A DNA stretch of 64,000 nt, taken from an uncultured Clostridium sp. (GTDB taxonomy: Bacteria; Bacillota; Clostridia; TANB77; CAG-508). Positions 38,473 through 47,790 of the stretch are shown here, piece after piece (position 1 is the stretch's first letter; every line of letters starts with the position of its first letter). The stretch covers positions 1,580-65,579 of the forward strand of contig URZW01000007.1 in NCBI GenBank assembly GCA_900552555.1, written 5' to 3'. The notes below the pieces were generated by a model, which had not been told where the DNA came from, did not search any database, and saw nothing but the letters and a program-made list of their open reading frames with translations. A program made the translations under genes and the position numbers.

Positions 38473-39307
38473 TTTTTAATATTGCATGAGCCATTGCATC
38501 ATCATTATCACTATAATTTTGTTTTTCTGCTTTATAACTGTGGTATAAGAATATTGCAAAATCCATTGTTACACCAAGTTGTAAAACAGCACTAATTGCT
38601 TTTGTTATATAAGATATTTCTCCTAAAAGTATATTTGAACCCATATTATACAAAATTGCAATTCCTATGCTTGCTAAAAGAAACATTGGAGCTAAATATG
38701 AATCCATTGCAAATTGTAAAACTAACATACATAAGATTATTGCTATAACTACATATGTTACAATTTCTGAATTAGCAATATTTTTTGTATCTAGTACTAA
38801 AGCAGACATTCCGCTTATTTTGCATTGTTTATCGGCAATTTTCCTTAATTGTTCTATTGATTCTAATGTTTTGTCTGAAGAAATTCCTTCTTTGAAAGTT
38901 ACTAAAATTGCTGTATCTCCATCTTTATATGCTATATCTTTTACTTCGTCTGGTAGCATTTCTTCTGGTATATTCGAACCAAGTAAATCTGCCACACTTG
39001 CTACTTTTTCTACATTATCTAATTCTTTAAACTTGTCCTCTAATTTTTGAATATCTTTTGTACTCATATTTTCTGTAATTACAATTGAATATGAACCCAT
39101 ATTAAATTCATTTGTTAGTATGTTTTCACCCTTAACCGTATCTACATCATCTGGTAAGTATGCCAATATATCATAATTGATTCTTGTTGCTTGCATTCCT
39201 ATAAATGATGGTATTAGTAACAATAATGCAATTATGAGAATGATTTTTTTATGCTTACATATTTTCTCTGCAAATTTTAACATTTTTAAACTCCTTTCAA
39301 ATTTCAA
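38429..39307 (-). pseudogene. MMPL/RND-type transporter, 3'-truncated
   Basis: Only the first roughly 280 aa are present (N-terminal TM, periplasmic loop, first TM bundle). Full-length members are more than twice this size. The last residues are the reverse complement of the HTH stub. Confidence 0.65.
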
Positions 39308-39310
39308 GAT

Positions 39311-39335
39311 TGAAGACCCGTCCCCCTAATCCCGA
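39311..39335 (-). repeat. Possible degenerate REP family B remnant
   Basis: GAAGACCCGTCCCCCTAATCCCG resembles the GTCCCCnnAATCCC part of family B. Confidence 0.3.
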
Positions 39336-39378
39336 TTTTTTATGATCGTCAGTCACTTTCTATATAGCACTACTTTTG

Positions 39379-39435
39379 TGACTATTGGTCAACACTTTTT
39401 ACAAAATTTATATAAATTTATTGACCGAAAGTCAA
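39379..39435. promoter_or_regulatory. Two TGAC-N5-GTCA palindromes (candidate TetR operators)
   Basis: TGACTATTGGTCA (39379..39391) and TTGACCGAAAGTCAA (39421..39435) lie in the divergent tetR/MMPL intergenic region. Confidence 0.45.
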
Positions 39436-39506
39436 ATTTATGCAATAATATTAATATATACGATATAAAATTAATTTTTTATATTTTTTAAGGGGACAGA
39501 GCAACT

Positions 39507-40112
39507 ATGAAAAATGATAAAGAAGAAAAAGAAAACAGACTACTAAACACAGCCTTCAAACTTTTTACAGAAAAAGGACTAAAAGAAACATCAATACAAG
39601 AAATAGTAGATAATGCAAGCGTTGCAAAGGGAACATTTTATCTTTATTTTAGAGATAAATACGAAATACGAGACATTTTAATTGTAAAAAAATCTCAAAA
39701 ATTATTTTCTGATGCATTAAAATCTTTAAGAAAAAATTATATATCAAATTTTTCTGATAGTATTATTTATATAATAAATTATGTAATAGACGAATTGACA
39801 AAAAATCCTTTACTTTTGAAATTTATTTCTAAAAATTTATCTTGGGGAGTTTTTAGCAAAACAGTTCTAAATTTATATGATAAAAGTACTGACGAAGAAG
39901 AAACTGTTTATGATTTATTTTTAAAAGGTATTGAAGAAAATAATATTAAATTAAGCAATCCCGAGGTTACTTTTTTTATGATTATTGAACTTGTTGGCTC
40001 TACTTGTTTTAATTCTATTTTGTATAAAGAGCCTTTACCAATTGAAGAATATAAACCTTATCTATATAGAACTATTCGTAATTTGATTAAAGATGAAGAA
40101 ATTAAAAAATAA
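39507..40112 (+). CDS. TetR/AcrR-family transcriptional regulator
   Basis: The HTH TSIQEIVDNASVAKGTFYLYFRDK is present. The gene is divergent from the MMPL gene. Confidence 0.88.
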   Translation: MKNDKEEKENRLLNTAFKLFTEKGLKETSIQEIVDNASVAKGTFYLYFRDKYEIRDILIVKKSQKLFSDALKSLRKNYISNFSDSIIYIINYVIDELTKNPLLLKFISKNLSWGVFSKTVLNLYDKSTDEEETVYDLFLKGIEENNIKLSNPEVTFFMIIELVGSTCFNSILYKEPLPIEEYKPYLYRTIRNLIKDEEIKK

Positions 40113-40175
40113 ATATTATAGAACAAATCTGAAAATTTTCAATTTTCAGTCTTAACTCTACTTTTTATCATACTC

Positions 40176-40227
40176 AAAAAAATTGATAATATATCATTTT
40201 CCAAAACAATATATTATCAATTTTTTT
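40176..40227. terminator. Bidirectional terminator
   Basis: The 12-bp stem TTGATAATATAT/ATATATTATCAA is flanked by A7 and T7. Confidence 0.75.
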
Positions 40228-40244
40228 AACTTTTTATATGATTT

Positions 40245-40904
40245 CTAATTTTCAAAAACTATTCCATCAATACAATTCTCATATATAAATTGTTTGATTT
40301 TTTCTTTTTCATTCGTAGTATAAAACTCTGATAGTAATGTTGTAAATTCTTGCAATTTATCATCCGGAATTTTTATTATTCCACTACCATTTTGAATCAT
40401 AATTTTATTAGCGCAAATTGTACTAGTTCTTTTATTGCCATCCCAAAACAATTGATTTCTCATGCCATACAACATATATTCAATTGCTCTTTCTGTTGGA
40501 TTTTCAATTTCTAATATTTTTGTAATATCTTTTTTAACCTTTTCTCCATTTGGAATTTCTGGAATATAACTAGTTCCTGTAATTTCAACCTTTCCATTGC
40601 GTAATTGTCCCCATACTATACTTTCATTTCTTGCAACAAATTCATTTACTTTGCTTATAAATTCTAAATTGAAATCCAAGTCTATATTATTTATTACATA
40701 TTTCCAAGCATCTCTTAAATTTAAAATACATTGTATTTCATCAATTTTCAATTCTGGTACATTAACTCCTTCTAAAATTGTTTTAGTTTGAGGAAATGTT
40801 ATATTAAGTCCTTCAAGCCTTGCATTTGAATATATATTATCTACTAGATTTCTTTTTGCTAAAAATATATTTTGTTCTTGTGTCATATTATATTTATTTT
40901 CCAT
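40245..40904 (-). CDS. Fic/Doc-like protein with a non-canonical active-site motif
   Basis: QLFWDGNKR (40428..40454) aligns to the Doc-type HxFxDxNKR motif, with Gln in place of the catalytic His. Confidence 0.55.
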   Translation of the reverse strand: MENKYNMTQEQNIFLAKRNLVDNIYSNARLEGLNITFPQTKTILEGVNVPELKIDEIQCILNLRDAWKYVINNIDLDFNLEFISKVNEFVARNESIVWGQLRNGKVEITGTSYIPEIPNGEKVKKDITKILEIENPTERAIEYMLYGMRNQLFWDGNKRTSTICANKIMIQNGSGIIKIPDDKLQEFTTLLSEFYTTNEKEKIKQFIYENCIDGIVFEN

Positions 40905-40975
40905 TTTATCAACTCCTAATATCCAAATTATAACATATTACTTACCATAAATCAAAATTTTGTTTTCAATTAATA

Positions 40976-41203
40976 CTATTTAATTTTAATATATTTAGCA
41001 TCCTCTTTCCTTATAGCAATAATAGTTCCTCTAACTAAAAAAGCTCTTGGGTCTCCAGATGGACTCACTAATATAGGTACAATATTTGTTCCTTTAACAA
41101 GTCCCATGTCTAGTAATCTTCTTTTAATTCCCTCACCACATTCAATTTTATCTATTCTTCCATTTTTATTTAATGGTAATTGACTCAAGTTTTCTACTTT
41201 CAT
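40976..41203 (-). CDS. feoA: FeoA-domain protein (orphan)
   Basis: A 75-aa SH3-like FeoA sequence (RRLLDMGLVKGTNI...). No feoB is present in the window. Confidence 0.8.
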   Translation of the reverse strand: MKVENLSQLPLNKNGRIDKIECGEGIKRRLLDMGLVKGTNIVPILVSPSGDPRAFLVRGTIIAIRKEDAKYIKIK

Positions 41204-41267
41204 ATGTTCTCCTCCAAAATATGATATACTAATATATTATATTTTGTCGAAATATAAATGTGACAAA

Positions 41268-42686
41268 CTATCTTTTATTTTCTCTTTCTAAATTCTCTGC
41301 ATCTAAATTCATTTCTTTTTTAACATTTTCAATAATTTGCTCTTGTGGTAATTTATCTTCATTTTCTTTTAATTCTCTTAACAACTTGTCTCTGACTTCG
41401 TTTTCAGTAAATACTTCTTTAATTTGTTCTTCTCCCTGTTCATTTTCATAATTTAATATTTCTTGGACAAAATATTCTAAATCAAAATGTTCATGAGTTT
41501 CAGTATTTTCATCACCATCAAAGTCTTTAACATCTTTAGGCGTACAACCCTCATCAGTATGCTCTTGTATTTCATCTTGAACTTTTTCTTTTTGATACAT
41601 ACCTTTATTTCTATTCATTATTTCTCTAGTTTCAATTGGAATAACTGAAGTTTGAGAAGTCTCTATTTGAATTCCAACATTTTCATTTTCTTCTATTGTT
41701 TTTTGATATAAAAACATATTAACATTTCCCATATCATTTTCACAGCCAATACTCATTCCGTTAGATTTTCTAGTATATACAGACATATCTTTATTATCTC
41801 TAGTTGCAGTACTATTAGCTCTTATCTTTGTTTGCTCTCTTGTTGCACCATTTCCAACAGTATTATCCATTTCAAATTCGTCATTTAAAACCTTTGCAGT
41901 ACCATCACTTTTTACACCTACCAAAGAATATGTCGTATTATTTCTTTTTTCTCCTGATGTAATTTCATCAACATTTTCTGAATATACTACATACATATTT
42001 TCATACCCATTCAAATCTAATCTTTTACCTAAAGTCTCTTTTCCATCGACTTTTTTATTTAAATCAACTTTTTGTATTCCATTAACTTTTATTTTGTCAG
42101 CCTGTTTTTTAGATAAAGTATTTTTCTTTTTTTCTTTTCCGTCATTTTCTTGTTCTTTTTTCTCAGAAAGTCCCTCTAATTCTTGTTTATCCATCTCCTC
42201 TAGCAATTTTTCAACTTCATTCTCTTTCACTTTTCTTCCTAGATGAGCAGTTAAAACTTCAGCTATTTCTTTAGTTTGCAATTTGTTCATAGAATTATTT
42301 TCAATTTCTTCTTCTGGTATTTTTTCTAGTAAATCTTTTATTGCTCCCATCTTATCTGGTTCAGAAGTAGCAAATGTTTCTCCATATAATATTTCTCCAT
42401 TTCCTAATTCACCAGCAACACATTTATCTCCTAAATAATAGCTTTTTTGTTCAGTAACTCTTTCTTTACCATCTTCGCTTTTTTCTATTATTTCTTTTTC
42501 AACTATAAATACAACGTCAGCCGTTTCTTGTCCATTTATTTTGTCTTTCCATTCTGCTGAGCCAACAAATTTTATATCTTTTATTTTTATTTTTTTGTTT
42601 TCTGTTTGTTGCTTTAAAATATCATTTTCTATTATATCTCTAAAGCTTTCTTCTAATTTTAATATTTCTCTTTCTTTTTGGTTCAT
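41268..42686 (-). CDS. Highly acidic E/K/N-rich hypothetical protein (472 aa)
   Basis: It is a long ORF with an RBS and has neither a signal peptide nor a TM segment. I recognise no family. Confidence 0.6.
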   Translation of the reverse strand: MNQKEREILKLEESFRDIIENDILKQQTENKKIKIKDIKFVGSAEWKDKINGQETADVVFIVEKEIIEKSEDGKERVTEQKSYYLGDKCVAGELGNGEILYGETFATSEPDKMGAIKDLLEKIPEEEIENNSMNKLQTKEIAEVLTAHLGRKVKENEVEKLLEEMDKQELEGLSEKKEQENDGKEKKKNTLSKKQADKIKVNGIQKVDLNKKVDGKETLGKRLDLNGYENMYVVYSENVDEITSGEKRNNTTYSLVGVKSDGTAKVLNDEFEMDNTVGNGATREQTKIRANSTATRDNKDMSVYTRKSNGMSIGCENDMGNVNMFLYQKTIEENENVGIQIETSQTSVIPIETREIMNRNKGMYQKEKVQDEIQEHTDEGCTPKDVKDFDGDENTETHEHFDLEYFVQEILNYENEQGEEQIKEVFTENEVRDKLLRELKENEDKLPQEQIIENVKKEMNLDAENLERENKR

Positions 42687-42890
42687 ATAAATACCTCCTA
42701 TATAATATTATACTCCAAAATCCAATAATTTCAAGGGATTTGTAACTATTCTTGCAAAATGTGATTTCATAAACACATACAATTTTATGTTTTATATAAG
42801 TATATTTTAAATCTAAAAATAACTTTTTTATCCAGAACAAAAGCGAACATTAATAACATAGGAAGTTCGGAGAACTTTCCTATAATATAA

Positions 42891-42933
42891 AAAAAGAGGA
42901 ATTTTCTGTGATAATTTCTCAATTCCTCTTTTT
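42891..42933 (-). terminator. Terminator after the 766-aa pilin-like gene
   Basis: AAAAAGAGGAATT...AATTCCTCTTTTT has a 13-bp stem. Confidence 0.75.
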
Positions 42934-42936
42934 AAT

Positions 42937-45237
42937 TTATTCACTTAATTGATACTTACTCATCCAATAGCCTGTCAATTGTTTTTCTCCATTATCTCCC
43001 CAAGTAAATGCCTCTGGTACTTTATAACCTGTTGAACAATTATCATTAGTAGTATCAATAGTTATAAAATTAACATCTGTTCTTTTATTATCTAAACTTT
43101 CATTTTCTCTATCTTCTAAAATTCTATACTCATACCTTGGAATCCATACGAAATAGCTCTCTGTTCCATTTGCTATTGTAACAATGTTTGCCCATTTTCT
43201 ATTACTATAGTCATACCAATTATCTGGAACTTTTTTCTTTATTGATATTCTTTCTTTTTCAGAGCCATCATCATTATAAATCACATAAAATGTGTTATTT
43301 TTATCAAATCCTGTTAAATCTGGTGCATATGCATCTATTGTTTTTATTTTCTTTGTTATTGCTCCTACATAAGCATTTGTTGATGCATTTCTTGCTATAA
43401 TATTAATTGTATATGTTGCATTCATATTAAGTCCAGTATAATTATATTTTTCAGTTGCACTTGTTCCATCATGAACTTTATTTCCATTCAAGTAATATTC
43501 ATATTTTAATGATACTGGTGTTGAATTGCCCCCTGTATCTGTTGTAGTCAATACTTTTCCTGTTATATCTCCAACTCTAATAATATTTCCGCCAGCAGAT
43601 ACCTGAGCATTTATTTTTGCATTTGTTTCCTCACTAGATAATTGATATTTAGCCATCCAATAACCTGTCAATTGTTTCTCTCCATTATCGCCCCAGGTGA
43701 ATGCCTCTGGTATTTGATAACCAGCATCAGTTTTTGTATCTGTTCCTTTTATAAATTTTATAGAAGATGTCTGTGTATTTTGATTTAAACTATATTGATA
43801 ACGAGGAATCCATACATAATAACTTTCCAAGCCATCATTTCTTGTAACTATATTAGCCCAATTTCTTGTACCATAATCATACCATTCTTCTGGTGCACTT
43901 TGGCTAATTGGAATTTCGTTATGTTCATTTCCATTCCCATCCCAATACACATAAAATGTAGTATCTTTATCAAAACCTGTTAAATCCGGTGGATTAACAT
44001 CTGCAACTTCATATAATTTTGTCATGCTTCCAATAATACAACCATTTAAATCTAATGCCGTTACCGTTAATGTTTTATTTCCTTTTGCTAGTCCTGTAAT
44101 TGTATAATCTTCAGGATTTTTACTTTCATGTAGAACATTTCCATTTACAGCATAAGTATATTTAGCAATTGTTTTATCTGTATTTGTTGATATTTCTTGT
44201 ACTTTTATTGTTGTCGCAGTAGCTACAGTTTTATAATCAATTGTATAATTGTCTCCTTTTTGGAATTCTGATAATTGATATTTACTCATCCAATATCCTG
44301 GTATTGGTGTTTTATTTGAATCATCATCTCCCCAAGAAAACGCTTCTGGTAATTGATATCCTTGAGATTGTAATGTAGTCCAATCTGTTTTTTCATCTGT
44401 TTCAGGATTTTTGTAACTATTGTCAATGTCAACAAATTTTACATCTGTTCTTTCATTTCCAGTAACAGATTTTTCATCATCTACCTTATATACATATCTT
44501 GGAATCCATACATAATAACTTGCAATTCCTTCTGATTCAACATAAATGTTAGCCCACTTTTGATTTTTATAGTCATACCAGTCATTATCTGGTTTTTTAC
44601 TTATCCAACTGCCAGCAACTAAATTTCCATTTACGTCTTTAACATATCTAGTATTTGATTTTACAAAGCCTTCATTTAATTGTGGAGTACATAAGTACAC
44701 TCCGTTTACCAATTCATAATTACCATTAACAACTTTAATTCCACTATTACTATCACCACTGTCATATTCCCAAATAGCTATTCCCATTTGTTGACACCAT
44801 TTTACTTGGTTGGCATTATTTTTTATTTTACTTTGTGAAACATAATATAACTTACTTTCATGAACTATTACATACTCTTCTTCTTTTTTTCCGACTTTTT
44901 TTAATAGTTTTCTAATGTCTTGTACGTTACTTTCGTCTACTTCTAATTTTTCGTCTTCAATTATATTTTTCAGAACTTTTCCTGCATATATTTTTATTTC
45001 TTCATTACTGTCTAAATTATTAACTTTTTGTTCTGTTAAATACATATTAAACTCTTCTGCAATTTCTGACATCTTTGTTTTGAATGACGCTTCTTTTGCT
45101 CTTTGTATTAGTCCATTTTCACCAAATATTCCTCTTATTGATACCATTGCTAATATTAACAATGCAACAATTGTTATAATTAAAGCTATTAAGGTTATTC
45201 CTTTTTTGTTTTTTAGTTTTAACCTATTTTCTTTCAA
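42937..45237 (-). CDS. Giant pilin-like protein with a triplicated C-terminal module and two Ig/Fn3-like spacers
   Basis: The leader is NKKG|ITLIALIITIVALLILAMVSI. The three modules span aa ~185-324, 414-534 and 637-766. Each carries WYDY..WANI..SY(Y/F)VWIPRY and GY(Q/K)xPEAF(S/T)WGD..GYWM(S/A)KYQLS. Confidence 0.8.
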   Translation of the reverse strand: MKENRLKLKNKKGITLIALIITIVALLILAMVSIRGIFGENGLIQRAKEASFKTKMSEIAEEFNMYLTEQKVNNLDSNEEIKIYAGKVLKNIIEDEKLEVDESNVQDIRKLLKKVGKKEEEYVIVHESKLYYVSQSKIKNNANQVKWCQQMGIAIWEYDSGDSNSGIKVVNGNYELVNGVYLCTPQLNEGFVKSNTRYVKDVNGNLVAGSWISKKPDNDWYDYKNQKWANIYVESEGIASYYVWIPRYVYKVDDEKSVTGNERTDVKFVDIDNSYKNPETDEKTDWTTLQSQGYQLPEAFSWGDDDSNKTPIPGYWMSKYQLSEFQKGDNYTIDYKTVATATTIKVQEISTNTDKTIAKYTYAVNGNVLHESKNPEDYTITGLAKGNKTLTVTALDLNGCIIGSMTKLYEVADVNPPDLTGFDKDTTFYVYWDGNGNEHNEIPISQSAPEEWYDYGTRNWANIVTRNDGLESYYVWIPRYQYSLNQNTQTSSIKFIKGTDTKTDAGYQIPEAFTWGDNGEKQLTGYWMAKYQLSSEETNAKINAQVSAGGNIIRVGDITGKVLTTTDTGGNSTPVSLKYEYYLNGNKVHDGTSATEKYNYTGLNMNATYTINIIARNASTNAYVGAITKKIKTIDAYAPDLTGFDKNNTFYVIYNDDGSEKERISIKKKVPDNWYDYSNRKWANIVTIANGTESYFVWIPRYEYRILEDRENESLDNKRTDVNFITIDTTNDNCSTGYKVPEAFTWGDNGEKQLTGYWMSKYQLSE

Positions 45238-45264
45238 TTTTCTCTCCTGTTTATTTCTTTTGTT

Positions 45265-45954
45265 TTATATTCCTGTTCCTACAACGATGCAAGCACGAGA
45301 AGCATACTTTTTATTTTTGGCCGCTGCTCCTTGATACTGTCCACCATTATACCCACTAAATGAAAATATACTATCTTTGTAACCACGTAAAATTGAAACA
45401 TGATTATCATAATCAATCCAATCATTAGTTATCGTATTTGTACTACCATGCCAATTTTGTGTTTCCAATATAGCATCTCCTAGTTTTGCTTTATATGCTT
45501 CTACTTCATATATATCTTTATATCTATTACTTGCTTTTCTAAAATTTTGGTCAGTAATTGTTGGACATACTGCAGATGTTCTTTCACCATTTAAATTAAT
45601 AACTATACCAGATGAATTTCCTGTTGTAGTTTCTCCAACATTTATTTTATTAGGATTACCATAAGCTGAAGCCGAAAGAATAGCCATTGCTCCATATTCA
45701 GTATTCTTTTCCATATGAATATCTAAATCCGTTGCCCCACTTGTTAAATTCGTAGTATTAATTGTATCTATCCTACCAAGTGTTCCTCCCATTTCCTGCA
45801 TTTGCCTTATTTGTAATACCCAATCACCTTGCAATTTAACTGCAGGTGTTCCTCCATTAGACTGCAAAGCAGCATTTGATTTATTTGGCATAATTAGGGC
45901 AGACAAAGCCACACCTGTAACCATAATTGTTAAAATCTTATTTTTTATTTTCAT
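45265..45954 (-). CDS. Secreted hypothetical protein (SUMF1/FGE-like C-terminal motifs by eye)
   Basis: AGGAGG RBS plus ATG 45954. The signal peptide is MKIKNKILTIMVTGVALSALIMPNKSNA. Motifs are HMEKNTEYGAMAILSASAYG, TTGNSSGI, ILRG..SIFSF and SRACIVVG. Confidence 0.65.
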   Translation of the reverse strand: MKIKNKILTIMVTGVALSALIMPNKSNAALQSNGGTPAVKLQGDWVLQIRQMQEMGGTLGRIDTINTTNLTSGATDLDIHMEKNTEYGAMAILSASAYGNPNKINVGETTTGNSSGIVINLNGERTSAVCPTITDQNFRKASNRYKDIYEVEAYKAKLGDAILETQNWHGSTNTITNDWIDYDNHVSILRGYKDSIFSFSGYNGGQYQGAAAKNKKYASRACIVVGTGI

Positions 45955-46243
45955 AACTTCCTCCTTTTTTTCTACTGTACTTTTATTATTTTTTCCAAAT
46001 TCCGGCATTTAAAACCTATATACATAAATTTTATAATCCCTCCTTTTCTTTTGTATAATTTTATAAATTTAAATACGATTTTTATCAATTATAATTTTAT
46101 CATTAATGTCTTTTTCTGTAAATATTTTTTGCGATTTTTGTCAATTTATAATAGATAATTATCAAATATAAAATCATTCACAAAACAAGTAAAAGATTAT
46201 ACTATAATAAATAAGTAAATAAAAAAAGAAGGAGACTTAAAAT

Positions 46244-46573
46244 ATGAAAAACAAGAATATCAATGACCACATAGGAAAAATATGCCAATATTACAGACAA
46301 AAAAATAACTTAACACAAAACCAAGTTGCAGAATTAACAGGATTAGAACCAAGACACATAAGTCAAATTGAAAGAGGTCTATCTAAAGGTAGTATTGATA
46401 CATTAATAAAATTATGCAATGCATATAAAATTACTCCAGATATAATTTTATACGACCTATTAGATGAAGATATTAAAAACTCAGTTTCTATATATGACGA
46501 AAAATTCAAAAAGCTAAGTAAAAGTGACAAAGAAAGTATACTACATTTTATTGATTATTTTCTCTCAAAATAA
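46244..46573 (+). CDS. XRE-family HTH regulator
   Basis: The HTH LTQNQVAELTGLEPRHISQIERG is present. The gene is divergent from the secreted-protein/pilin-like genes. Confidence 0.88.
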   Translation: MKNKNINDHIGKICQYYRQKNNLTQNQVAELTGLEPRHISQIERGLSKGSIDTLIKLCNAYKITPDIILYDLLDEDIKNSVSIYDEKFKKLSKSDKESILHFIDYFLSK

Positions 46574-46586
46574 AAAACTTATAAAA

Positions 46587-46874
46587 CTATAAGTTTTTTA
46601 AATAACACCCATACTTAACTCCTAATGAATAAGCTAATGCAAAATAATATTCTTCTGTTTCATAAAATAATTTTACAATTTCATTAAATTTTTCCTTTTG
46701 CTTATCATCAAATAATAGCTCAATATCATCCATTAAATCATATAGTTTCTGATATTTTTTATCAAACTCTTCACATTCTCTTAGTTTATCCATTCTTTCA
46801 CTTATTAGATTAGTAATAAATTTATAATCTCCATTTTCAAAAAATTCTATTTTATTATCCATATTTAATCTCAT
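46587..46874 (-). CDS. Hypothetical small helical protein
   Basis: The call rests on the ORF only. The choice of start (46874 or 46862) is unresolved. Confidence 0.4.
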   Translation of the reverse strand: MRLNMDNKIEFFENGDYKFITNLISERMDKLRECEEFDKKYQKLYDLMDDIELLFDDKQKEKFNEIVKLFYETEEYYFALAYSLGVKYGCYLKNL

Positions 46875-47166
46875 TCCATCCTTAAAACATAAATCTCATT
46901 AAAAATTAATTAAGATTTAACACAACAAAATTATAATTCTTTTTCAAGCCTATTTTAAGTATACCAAATTTAAATAATTTTAAATATCCCGAACTCATAT
47001 ATAAACATTTATATACTACTTAACAATATTATACTTTTAATTTAAATAATTGTCAATATTTATTTGAAAGTTAATATTTTGGTCTATATTTGGTATTGAC
47101 ACATATACTATTATATACTAAAATAAAATATAGAGATAAATAATTTAAATTTACCAAAGGAGAATC

Positions 47167-47703
47167 ATGGAAAATTTATTACAAAAAATTTATGATAATA
47201 AAGAATTTATACATATAATAAATAATTTAATAAAAAACGATACTGTACAACAAATGAAAAATTATAAACAACATTATGAAACAACATGTTTTGACCATTG
47301 TTTAACCGCATCATACTACTGCTATAAAATTTGTAAAAAATTAGGTCTAGATTACATATCTTGCAGTAGAGCTGCTATGTTACATGATTTATTTTTATAT
47401 GATTGGCGAAAAAGAGAAAATGGTAGAAAAGGTTTACATGCTTTTACACATCCCAAAACAGCATATGAAAATGCTTCTAAATTGTTTGAATTAAATAATA
47501 AAGAAACAGATGTTATTTTAAAACATATGTGGCCTGTTACATTTTTTGCTTTTCCAAAATATAAAGAGAGCTTCATTTTAACATTAGTTGACAAGTATTG
47601 TGCATTAACGGAATCATATGAAGAAATTTTTAACCGCTTTTGCCAGAAAAAAGCTTTCCGATATGCTTATGTATTTTTGTGTTTATTATTTATAAAAGTT
47701 TAA
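47167..47703 (+). CDS. HD-domain phosphohydrolase
   Basis: H..(27)..HD metal-binding pattern is present (FDHCLTASYY ... AAMLHDLFLYDW). An AAGGAG RBS precedes it. Confidence 0.75.
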   Translation: MENLLQKIYDNKEFIHIINNLIKNDTVQQMKNYKQHYETTCFDHCLTASYYCYKICKKLGLDYISCSRAAMLHDLFLYDWRKRENGRKGLHAFTHPKTAYENASKLFELNNKETDVILKHMWPVTFFAFPKYKESFILTLVDKYCALTESYEEIFNRFCQKKAFRYAYVFLCLLFIKV

Positions 47704-47735
47704 AAGAGATTACATTTTATGTTTGTAATCTCTTT
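47702..47735. terminator. Bidirectional terminator
   Basis: AAAAGAGATTACA-TTTTATGTTT-GTAATCTCTTTT. Confidence 0.75.
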
Positions 47736-47790
47736 TAATATTTAACTATTAGTAAACTTCATATTTCATTACAATAAGTTCATTATTACT

